A DNA stretch of 32,000 nucleotides from Nostoc punctiforme PCC 73102. GTDB taxonomy: Bacteria; Cyanobacteriota; Cyanobacteriia; Cyanobacteriales; Nostocaceae. Position 1 is the first letter of the stretch, and each line of letters starts with the position of its first letter. The DNA is taken from assembly GCF_000020025.1 (NCBI RefSeq), contig NC_010628.1, forward strand, positions 7,500,001 to 7,532,000. The letters run 5' to 3'. The position numbers and the translations under genes were made by a program. The notes under the pieces were generated by a model. That model ran no database searches. It saw nothing but the letters and a program-made list of their open reading frames with translations, and had not been told where the DNA came from. Shown here piece by piece: positions 25,007 through 32,000 of the stretch.

Positions 25007-25675
25007 ATGGTGCTGACCCTTTATCATTCGCCTATTTCTCCTAACTCCCGCCGTGTTTGGATTACTCTTCTGGAAAAAGGGCTTGAATTTGAATTAGTAG
25101 ATATAAAGCTGGATGGGGAACAGTTTCAACCAGAGTTTTTGGCAATTAACCCATTTCATCACATACCAGCTTTGGTGGATGACGACTTTAATGTAGTGGA
25201 ATCTTTAGCAATCCTGGACTATTTAGAGGCAAAATATCCTACACCTGCGATGTTGCCTAAAGATGCTAAGGATTTAGCGATCGCACGGATGGTACAACTG
25301 GTAACTGTAAATGAGCTTTTGCCAGCAGCGACGACGTTTTTACCTCAGATATTAGGTTTGCCTGGAGCAGATCCAGAAAAAATCGAGAAGGCAAAGCATA
25401 AAATTGCCACAGTGCTGAAGTTTTTTGAAAATTTATTAGACGATCGCCCTTACTTTGCTAGTCACAACCTCACTCTCGCCGAAGTTGTGGCTGGAACTGT
25501 AGTAAATGTGCTGCCAAGTGTTGGCATTTTCTTAAGTGAATATCCAAAATTAAATGCTTGGCACGATCGCTTAATTGTACGTCCATCGTGGCAAGCTACC
25601 GAGTCTACACCAGAGGCAATGGAAGCGTTTAAGTCTGTCATTGTAGCGAGAAATACGCGGCAAACTCAGACCTAA
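25007..25675 (+). CDS. Glutathione S-transferase.
   Basis: N-terminal thioredoxin-like domain (LYHSPISPNSRRVWITLLEKG, IPALVDDDFNVVESLAILDYL) plus a helical C-domain. Confidence 0.85.
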   Translation: MVLTLYHSPISPNSRRVWITLLEKGLEFELVDIKLDGEQFQPEFLAINPFHHIPALVDDDFNVVESLAILDYLEAKYPTPAMLPKDAKDLAIARMVQLVTVNELLPAATTFLPQILGLPGADPEKIEKAKHKIATVLKFFENLLDDRPYFASHNLTLAEVVAGTVVNVLPSVGIFLSEYPKLNAWHDRLIVRPSWQATESTPEAMEAFKSVIVARNTRQTQT

Positions 25676-25681
25676 TCAATA

Positions 25682-25708
25682 TAGAAACGGTAAAATTTAC
25701 CGTTTCTA
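25682..25708. terminator. Bidirectional terminator palindrome between the GST and dnaJ-class genes.
   Basis: tagaaacggtaaa-a-tttaccgtttcta, a perfect 13-bp inverted repeat. Confidence 0.7.
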
Positions 25709-25724
25709 CAATAATCCGAAATTT

Positions 25725-26738
25725 TCACAGCTTGACTTGCTGCAAATGACTGCGGGGATTATAAGTACGTATAGCCCGGATTTTTTCATAATATTCTCGT
25801 TCTTGTTGGCTGAGGTCTTTTGGTGGTGCGATCGCCACCTTCACCAACTGATCGCCACGTCCACCCTTGGCGAGGGGCCAACCTTTGCCACGCAAACGCA
25901 GCGATTGGCCAGAACGCACTCCGGCTGGTAGCTTTACATTAACTGAACCATCGGGAGTGGGTACATCAATAGACGCCCCTAGAGTAGCTTCATCTGGTGT
26001 AATTGCTACTTCGCACACCAAGTTATCGCCTTCCATTTGAAAGAACGAGTGCGGCTGAAGTTCAACTTTTAAGTATAAATCTCCTCGTTGTTGAGTCATC
26101 GGGTTGATTTGACCTTTACCCCGCACGCGCAGACGAGTACCAGGTTTAGCCCCAGATGGGATACGAACATCAATTGTCTCGTTACCCAAACTAAAGCGCT
26201 TTTGCACGCCATTAAATGCTTCAGCAAAAGTTAGGGTGATTATAGCTTCACTATCCTGGGAAGTACCCGCACCTGGATCTTGAAACCCATAATCGTTAAA
26301 GCCACCAAAACCACTTGGCGCACCTGTAGGAGGGCGGTAAGAGTAACTTTGTGAGTAACTTTGTCGCCCACCTCCACCGCGAGGGGCAGCACCGCCAAAG
26401 CGCCCTAGCAACTCATTAATGAACTCATCAAAATTACCATATTGACTGAAGTCAAAGCCACCCATATCGGCACCAACGCCGCCGCCGGGGAAACCTTCAC
26501 CAGCTTGTTTCCAATATTGGCCGAATTGGTCATATTTTTTGCGTTTATCTACATCTGAAACAACCTCGTAGGCTTCGCTAACTTCTTTAAAGCGTGCCTC
26601 TGCCTGTTTGTTATTTGGGTTGACATCGGGGTGATATTTGCGGGCTAGTTTACGAAAGGCTTGTTTAATCTCATCCTGAGTGGCAGTCTTACTAACTCCC
26701 AAAATTGCGTAATAGTCTTTGAAGTCGGTTGCAGCCAT
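25725..26738 (-). CDS. DnaJ-class co-chaperone without a zinc-finger domain (type II / CbpA-like).
   Basis: J domain DYYAILGVSKTATQDEIKQAFRKLARKYHPDVN, a G/F-rich linker and C-terminal substrate-binding domains. No CxxCxGxG repeats. Confidence 0.85.
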   Translation of the reverse strand: MAATDFKDYYAILGVSKTATQDEIKQAFRKLARKYHPDVNPNNKQAEARFKEVSEAYEVVSDVDKRKKYDQFGQYWKQAGEGFPGGGVGADMGGFDFSQYGNFDEFINELLGRFGGAAPRGGGGRQSYSQSYSYRPPTGAPSGFGGFNDYGFQDPGAGTSQDSEAIITLTFAEAFNGVQKRFSLGNETIDVRIPSGAKPGTRLRVRGKGQINPMTQQRGDLYLKVELQPHSFFQMEGDNLVCEVAITPDEATLGASIDVPTPDGSVNVKLPAGVRSGQSLRLRGKGWPLAKGGRGDQLVKVAIAPPKDLSQQEREYYEKIRAIRTYNPRSHLQQVKL

Positions 26739-26856
26739 CTACTAGCCTCCTATAGAAATTACTGTTATGTTTTTTTTTAAGAACACAGATATTTAATTGC
26801 TAGGTAGAGTGCCAAGCAAAAGAATCTGATTTTAAATTAACAAAGAATATAGAAAA

Positions 26857-27387
26857 TCAAGTGTGGTTCTTGCTCAACGTGCGATCGCAATTTCCGTACT
26901 CCGATTTTTCTGATAAGCGGATCAGCCCGTCTAGTCCCTCTTCCAGGCTTGGGGGGGCATCCCGGAGTTGACGGTGCATTCGCAAAATAATTTCTTCAGG
27001 AACCTGGCGCGATCGCTTTTTATTCCATGCTAAACACAGCCAGACTGGTGTATCTACCCAAATTGCCGTAATTTGCCTAAAGCCCAGGTTACGTGCTACA
27101 GCAATGACTTCACGACGATGGCGGCGCTGGGCGTTAGTAGCATCGAAAATAGCTGTATTAGTTTTGGAAATAGCTTGCTGAAACTGCCGCTCAATTTCGT
27201 GCCAAATAAGCACCCACGGTCCCTGAAGGGCTTGGGAACCGAACAATTGCCCCCGGATGGCATCCGTAGAAATCAGCGACATCTGGGGGCATTCTACCAG
27301 TAATTTTTTTGCAAAAGTTGACTTACCGCTACCTGGAAGACCAATCAACAAAATGAGTTTAGTCATTTGTCCGTTGTCCTTTGTCAT
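26857..27387 (-). CDS. P-loop NTPase/kinase (AAA_33 / polynucleotide-kinase-like).
   Basis: Walker A GLPGSGKST. The alternative start ATG 27366 (MTKLILLIG) is more likely, because the first 7 codons are heptamer-repeat sequence. Confidence 0.75.
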   Translation of the reverse strand: MTKDNGQMTKLILLIGLPGSGKSTFAKKLLVECPQMSLISTDAIRGQLFGSQALQGPWVLIWHEIERQFQQAISKTNTAIFDATNAQRRHRREVIAVARNLGFRQITAIWVDTPVWLCLAWNKKRSRQVPEEIILRMHRQLRDAPPSLEEGLDGLIRLSEKSEYGNCDRTLSKNHT

Positions 27388-27444
27388 TTGTCCTTTGTTA
27401 CTTGTAACTATTAACCAATGACTAATGACTAATGACTAATGACT
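27363..27444. repeat. Two STRR-type heptamer arrays: (TCnTTTG)x6 at 27363..27404 and (AATGACT)x4 at 27417..27444.
   Basis: Seen directly. The arrays fill the glgC-kinase spacer and overlap the glgC stop codon (27443..27445) and the kinase 5' end. Confidence 0.9.
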
Positions 27445-28732
27445 AAATGATGGTTCCATCGGGAATTACAGCATTTTTCAACACGACAACGATGCCACTG
27501 CGGATATAGAAACCTTGGTTTTCGCGTTCAGCTTCTTGCACGTTATCTTTATTAACAATTTTGACATCGTGACCGATGCGCGCATTTTTATCGATGATAG
27601 CACCACGAATGATCGTGTCTGTACCGATACCTACGGGAATGTCATTTTCTATCAAGCTACATTGCCGTTCCACAGAAGCTTGGTAAAAATCTGCACCCAT
27701 GAGCAAAGATTCTTCAATGACGCAACCAGATTCAATTCGCGATCGCACTCCTAAAACTGAATGTTGAATGCGGCAATTTTTCAAAATACAACCTTCGCCA
27801 ATAATTGATTCTGTGATCTGGCAATCTAAAAGCTTAGTCGGAGGTAAGTAACGAGCGCGGGTATAAATTGGTGCGTGTTCATCATAGAAACTAAAGGGTG
27901 GCTGGGGCTGCTGAGTCAGGGCTAAATTGGCATGATAAAAAGCCTCAATTGTTCCAATATCTTCCCAGTAGTCATCAAAAAGGTAAGCTTGAACGTTGTA
28001 ATCTTTAGAGGCATCAGGAATAATTTCTTTACCAAAATCCGTCCGTTCTACAGATTCTCTCAACAACTTGAACAAAACCTCTTTTTTAAAGACATAAATC
28101 CCCATCGAAGCGATGTAAGGTTGTTTTTGGGCTTGTTCTTTTGTTAATCCCAGTACACTTGTATCAACTTGCATTTGGGTTAATGCTTCACCTTTGGGTT
28201 TTTCGCTAAAGTCAATTATCCTACCGGAGTCATCGATTTTCATCAAACCAAAATCTGAGGCACGGCGCTCGTCTATGGGGATAACTGAGAGAGTAATATC
28301 AGCTCCTGTATCTCTATGACGCTGGATAAACTGGCGATAATCCATGCGGTAGAGGTGATCGCCTGAGAGAATTAGATATTCTTCTACATCCCATTCCTCC
28401 ATTAACCACAGATACTGACGCACTGCATCTGCTGTACCTTGGAACCAGTTAGGGTTTTCTGGAGTTTGTTGTGCCGCTAGCACTTCCACAAACCCTTCGT
28501 TAAAGCCAGTAAAGTTATAGGTACGGGCGATGTGACGATTCAGAGAAGCTGAGTTGAATTGTGTCAGGACGTAGATTTTGAATATTTCGGAATTTATGCA
28601 GTTACTAACAGGGATATCGATTAAGCGGTACTTCCCCGCTACTGGTACTGCTGGTTTAGCGCGGAGTTTGGTTAATGGGTAAAGCCGAGTACCCGCGCCA
28701 CCGCCAAGGATGATTGATAATACTTTTTTCAC
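27443..28732 (-). CDS. glgC: Glucose-1-phosphate adenylyltransferase (ADP-glucose pyrophosphorylase).
   Basis: 429 aa. [49 protein letters not shown] and the C-terminal left-handed beta-helix region. GTG start. Confidence 0.95.
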   Translation of the reverse strand: MKKVLSIILGGGAGTRLYPLTKLRAKPAVPVAGKYRLIDIPVSNCINSEIFKIYVLTQFNSASLNRHIARTYNFTGFNEGFVEVLAAQQTPENPNWFQGTADAVRQYLWLMEEWDVEEYLILSGDHLYRMDYRQFIQRHRDTGADITLSVIPIDERRASDFGLMKIDDSGRIIDFSEKPKGEALTQMQVDTSVLGLTKEQAQKQPYIASMGIYVFKKEVLFKLLRESVERTDFGKEIIPDASKDYNVQAYLFDDYWEDIGTIEAFYHANLALTQQPQPPFSFYDEHAPIYTRARYLPPTKLLDCQITESIIGEGCILKNCRIQHSVLGVRSRIESGCVIEESLLMGADFYQASVERQCSLIENDIPVGIGTDTIIRGAIIDKNARIGHDVKIVNKDNVQEAERENQGFYIRSGIVVVLKNAVIPDGTII

Positions 28733-29012
28733 AAAATTTCTCCCGACTGCCTTTCAACTCTCATCTTCAGTTTAGGACTGTCTGCCACCACAGGTAAGGG
28801 GGATCATGTGATTCTTAGGGATGAATTTTATAGAATGCTGTTGGTGATGGATAGTGCGGCTGATAAGTAAAAAGACTAGAACATTTGTATTATTTTAGGT
28901 GGGTGAACAATATAGAAAGTTTTGGCTACACTTCCCTTATATGGAATTTGAGTATCGCTTTTGCATTTAAATCGATATATAGGAATCATATTTGATTTCT
29001 GAAAAAACTTTA

Positions 29013-29062
29013 GTACAACTTGAAAAGCGTTCTTGCCTGTTGCCTGCCATCGCGCTTGCGCT
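29013..29062. repeat. Dispersed repeat copy B, the partner of 11018..11063, followed by GCTACGCC-type motifs.
   Basis: See copy A. It lies in the 400-bp spacer between the PLD-like gene and glgC. Confidence 0.7.
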
Positions 29063-29131
29063 ACACGCACTACGCCAATAAATATGGCTACGCCACGCTG
29101 TGCGAACAAAAATCAAAGCTGACTGCTATAG

Positions 29132-31042
29132 TTATCTATTTATTTTCTTTGATAAAGTATATTGCGAGATAAAATTATCAGGTGAATCACTGTTTTGGGC
29201 AATATTGAGACGTAGAAACTGCGCCCAGACTTCATCGCTAAGTAACTTTAAAGCAGTTTTAGGATTGTTAATTGCGATCGCACCGATAACTTTACGCCAT
29301 CCTTCCTGCAATGACTCAAGAAAAGCCTCTTCAATAGAAACTTGACTCAGCAACGAAAGTGCGGTTTTAAAACTTTCTGAATCAGCTTGTATATTCTTCG
29401 ACCTTAAACCTTGAAGTGTCACCTTTAACCACACAGGAAGAAGCTCTAGCCAATTGTTTTGCTGTATGTTTGTGAGTGCAATGTCTTCCATACCTAGCGC
29501 ACCCCATACATATAAAGACTCCACAGCCAGTTTAGAATCGCGGTTGTTTAGAGCATTTTGCCATAATTTTTGAGCTTGATTTTGGAAGCGATTAGCGAGA
29601 AATTCATAAGCTTCCTGGACTTTATGCAAAATTGTGACTTTATAAACTGATTCACCTCGTGGTAGGTAATCACCATGATAAGATAGCCAGTTATGAGATC
29701 CACAAAGATGGATTTCTCGATCAACTATTACTTCTTTTATATGGGAGTCTCCTAGCCATAAAACCTGTACAGATGATAAACCATCAGGTGTTTTTATTGC
29801 TCGCAGTTTTTTCTCTACTTCGGGCGAAATTGGTTTCTCTTCATCTTCTTGTCGCCGCACAATTCCATGTCCAATTAAAATCCAAACTCCACGATTAGCT
29901 AATTTTTGTAACAAAGTTAGAAATTTTTCATCGACAACTGCCTGATTCACCCAAGGAGAATAAATAATAACCTGACTTTTAGCAGAATTCAAAACTTCTG
30001 AGAAAGCTTGGCTAATTTGTCCATCGCGTAACTGTACAACTTCACCTACGACTGGAGAATTATCTACTTTTTTCCCAGGTTTTATCGCAGGTTTTAGTGC
30101 TTTTTGGCGAATATTTTCAAGTCTAACTTCTATTTCAGTATTTTTATATTTGAGAATGGCTTCACGTTCAAAATTAATGGTTTCGGTTGATAACTTACAT
30201 AATGCTTGCAAGGATATCTTCCCTTGAGCGTGTAGAGCTTCTAACCAATTTGATGCTGACTCTAAAATTTGTTTTCCATTTTTTATTTGGATGGTTAATT
30301 TATCTTCAATAGCATCGAAGATAACGAAAAGCGATATTTTTCTCCAAAATTTTTGAGTTGGATTTAATACCTTATAAGAAGTAACGATTTTTCCCTCTTC
30401 TGGGACATGAAGTGCTAAATCTGAAGCCTGAATACTTTTTTGGATTTCCTCAAGTTTTAAAGAAGAGATATCAGCAATTGCACGATCAATAGTTAAAAAG
30501 TCTGCCAAGTCTGGCAAATTGATCGCTGTCTCGCTTAGTGATTCAGCTTGAAAGGTTATTTTGTCACTTAAAGGGTCTGTAATAGCATTAAGCTGTACAG
30601 GATATGGGGGCTGTGGTACAGACCCTTTTTCATAAAATGAGCGACCTTCAGAAGTAACTGTAATTGGTGATGTTTCTGATAGAGTTTGTAATGAGCGAAG
30701 AGTTGCAGTAGTAGTTTTGATAAATACAGAATCCAGTCCAAGTACAGAGGCTAATTCATCCTCTGTTGGCGGAGGTTGAAATTCAATCGCAGCGCGGATA
30801 ATAAATTCTTCGAGTACGTTAAACTGACGGGGCTCTTTGATATTTACTTCTATAGTAGTTTGACGCAAACTATAACGAAATTGACGCGCTGCTAAAACTG
30901 ATAAACTAGGACTTTGCGCTTCTATTTCGTCTACAAAATTTTTGAGATTGTCATCAATAGGTTTAGCAGAAGAGGCGAGAAACATCAAGGGAATAAGATT
31001 GGATAATTGAATTTGTACAAATACTTGTAACCCATGAGGCAA
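29132..31042 (-). CDS. Orphan multidomain protein: a winged-helix-like N-region, a middle region of unknown fold, a single-HKD PLD-superfamily (Nuc/endonuclease-like) domain and a helical tail of about 150 aa.
   Basis: Perfect HxK(x)4D(x)6GSxN motif HIKEVIVDREIHLCGSHN at 29690..29743, verified on the DNA. The PLD-like N-strand VIIYSPWV is present. The ORF-track start is TTG 31042, and ATG 30985 is an alternative. Confidence 0.8.
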   Translation of the reverse strand: MPHGLQVFVQIQLSNLIPLMFLASSAKPIDDNLKNFVDEIEAQSPSLSVLAARQFRYSLRQTTIEVNIKEPRQFNVLEEFIIRAAIEFQPPPTEDELASVLGLDSVFIKTTTATLRSLQTLSETSPITVTSEGRSFYEKGSVPQPPYPVQLNAITDPLSDKITFQAESLSETAINLPDLADFLTIDRAIADISSLKLEEIQKSIQASDLALHVPEEGKIVTSYKVLNPTQKFWRKISLFVIFDAIEDKLTIQIKNGKQILESASNWLEALHAQGKISLQALCKLSTETINFEREAILKYKNTEIEVRLENIRQKALKPAIKPGKKVDNSPVVGEVVQLRDGQISQAFSEVLNSAKSQVIIYSPWVNQAVVDEKFLTLLQKLANRGVWILIGHGIVRRQEDEEKPISPEVEKKLRAIKTPDGLSSVQVLWLGDSHIKEVIVDREIHLCGSHNWLSYHGDYLPRGESVYKVTILHKVQEAYEFLANRFQNQAQKLWQNALNNRDSKLAVESLYVWGALGMEDIALTNIQQNNWLELLPVWLKVTLQGLRSKNIQADSESFKTALSLLSQVSIEEAFLESLQEGWRKVIGAIAINNPKTALKLLSDEVWAQFLRLNIAQNSDSPDNFISQYTLSKKINR

Positions 31043-31237
31043 AGTACCTTTATGCTTTCAATAAGCTTTGGCGGCGACTAGCCAACCAAGCAAATCCAGC
31101 ACTAGTGACAAATATTAGCACACCATATAATTTTCCCAGGAATGGTCATTGTGGGACTATTCAGCAGCGTAGGGGTAGCAGCGATCGCGATGGGAGCATC
31201 CACTTTTGGCAGAAACACTCAAATAGCAAGTAAACCA

Positions 31238-32000
31238 TTAAGATAAGCTTAAGCGTTCAGAGAGAATTTGGTTGACACTCTCAACATTCCACTGTGCACC
31301 AGAAATTTTAATCCTGGCTCCAATCTGTTTAATTGCCGACTCGACTGCACCAGAACCGATAGAACAGAGTTCTTCAGCCTGGTAATAGCTGTAGTTGACA
31401 ATACGAGAACGATGTTTGTTGAGATAAGTAATGAAATTTTTCACCTGTTTACCTCGGCAATGAATAAACAAAGCCTGAGTATTATCTATTTGACCTTGCC
31501 ACAAAAAACTTTCAGCAGCTTTAAGCCGTTTTAAAGAACCACCAATTTTATAGAGATTTTCTTTGAGGTGATACCAGTCTAAAATTTCCCAACGCTCAAA
31601 ATTCTCACTTTTACCAAATTCTCTGACAAGATTCCACACACCATCATGACCATCTCCTAAGCAGACTAACGGGTTAACCAGAGGCTGAATATTGACATAA
31701 TCAACTAATGATTGGTTGTCATCAAAAAACGCACCATAGTAAATCCCTTGTAGACGAACGGTTTTATAGTCTCGCCAGTGACAGCCTGCTTTCGGTTTAC
31801 CTCTAAGTCGGACTTTTCCTCCATCTACATTGACTTCTGACACGACTTGTAATGCTACGGGCAGTTGAAAATCTTGTTCGAGAACTAGTTTTTGTTGCGT
31901 CGTGTGACCAACTTTCACTCCTGTTAATGCCTCAATTTCGATTTCTGCTTTTTGGTATGAAACATTTGCTGATAGTCGCAAACAGCACTTTTGAAGTAAT
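31238..32000 (-). CDS. DDE transposase, ISKra4-like family. It is partial because the N-terminus lies beyond the window end.
   Basis: The frame stays open upstream of the ORF-track TTG (31981) to base 32000. Motifs VDGGKVRLR, LGDGHDGVWN, LDWYHLKENLYK and SIGSGAVESAIKQI...SGAQW match my recollection of cyanobacterial ISKra4-family transposases. Confidence 0.6.
   Translation of the reverse strand, partial: LLQKCCLRLSANVSYQKAEIEIEALTGVKVGHTTQQKLVLEQDFQLPVALQVVSEVNVDGGKVRLRGKPKAGCHWRDYKTVRLQGIYYGAFFDDNQSLVDYVNIQPLVNPLVCLGDGHDGVWNLVREFGKSENFERWEILDWYHLKENLYKIGGSLKRLKAAESFLWQGQIDNTQALFIHCRGKQVKNFITYLNKHRSRIVNYSYYQAEELCSIGSGAVESAIKQIGARIKISGAQWNVESVNQILSERLSLS

Larger units (their letters stand above)
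8078..31188. repeat. HIP1 octamers (GCGATCGC), at least 20 copies across the non-island part of the window.
   Basis: Copies start at 8078, 10033, 10174, 13889, 14508, 14877, 15179, 15873, 17974, 20104, 21336, 21530, 23840, 25277, 25828, 26881, 27009, 27739, 29274 and 31181. I found none in 1..7340. Confidence 0.9.

Noticed and set aside
27363-27444. Tandem short repeats considered as a possible CRISPR array. The same question applies to 9349..9405.
   Set aside because: The units are 7 nt and directly abutting, with no spacers. This is the STRR heptamer class, not CRISPR. No cas genes are present.
28876-29345. ORFs 28876..29109 (-) and 29100..29345 (+).
   Set aside because: The first spans the repeat-filled spacer. 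The second is antisense to the 3' end of the PLD-like gene. Neither has a motif or a start context.
31043-31237. A short frame encoding ...LGKLYGVLIFVTSAGFAWLASRRQSLLKA* on the minus strand, between the transposase and the PLD-like gene.
   Set aside because: It is a TM-like peptide but has no start codon in frame, with a TGA immediately upstream. It is probably a remnant or IS terminal sequence and is not reported as a gene.

Overview
The window looks like chromosome from a filamentous heterocyst-forming cyanobacterium (Nostocales-like). Evidence is at least 20 HIP1 octamers (GCGATCGC), STRR-type heptamer arrays, small dispersed repeats and the gene content. It splits into two parts.

(1) Bases 1 to about 7340 are a visibly AT-rich block with no HIP1 and no STRR repeats. 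It ends at the 3' end of tRNA-Pro(GGG). It carries a primase/PriCT replication gene that is partial and absent from the ORF track, and a ribbon-helix-helix (RHH) gene translationally coupled to a small ORF. It also carries a divergent 137-aa gene, a decayed tyrosine-recombinase fragment and about seven small orphan genes. I read it as an integrated satellite-like or tycheposon-like element with unknown cargo.

(2) Bases 7341 to 32000 are mostly core genes:
- rpoZ and a fasciclin-domain protein
- GH13 amylase, a glycogen debranching enzyme and glgC
- an S8 peptidase and a gshA-like ligase
- trmL and a LysM-M23 peptidase
- tRNA-Met(CAU) and a vapBC pair
- 2-Cys peroxiredoxin, a Prx-like protein and a GST
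- a DnaJ-class protein and a P-loop kinase

The most interesting items are:
- the tRNA-Pro island and its orphan cargo
- an orphan 636-aa protein with a perfect single HKD (PLD-nuclease) motif, a winged-helix-like N-region and a helical tail, next to an ISKra4-like transposase
- an S8 peptidase with a free-standing paralog of its own N-terminal domain
- dispersed repeats inserted in frame into the debranching-enzyme gene

No CRISPR array or rRNA was seen. All functional calls come from motif recognition by eye; no searches were run.
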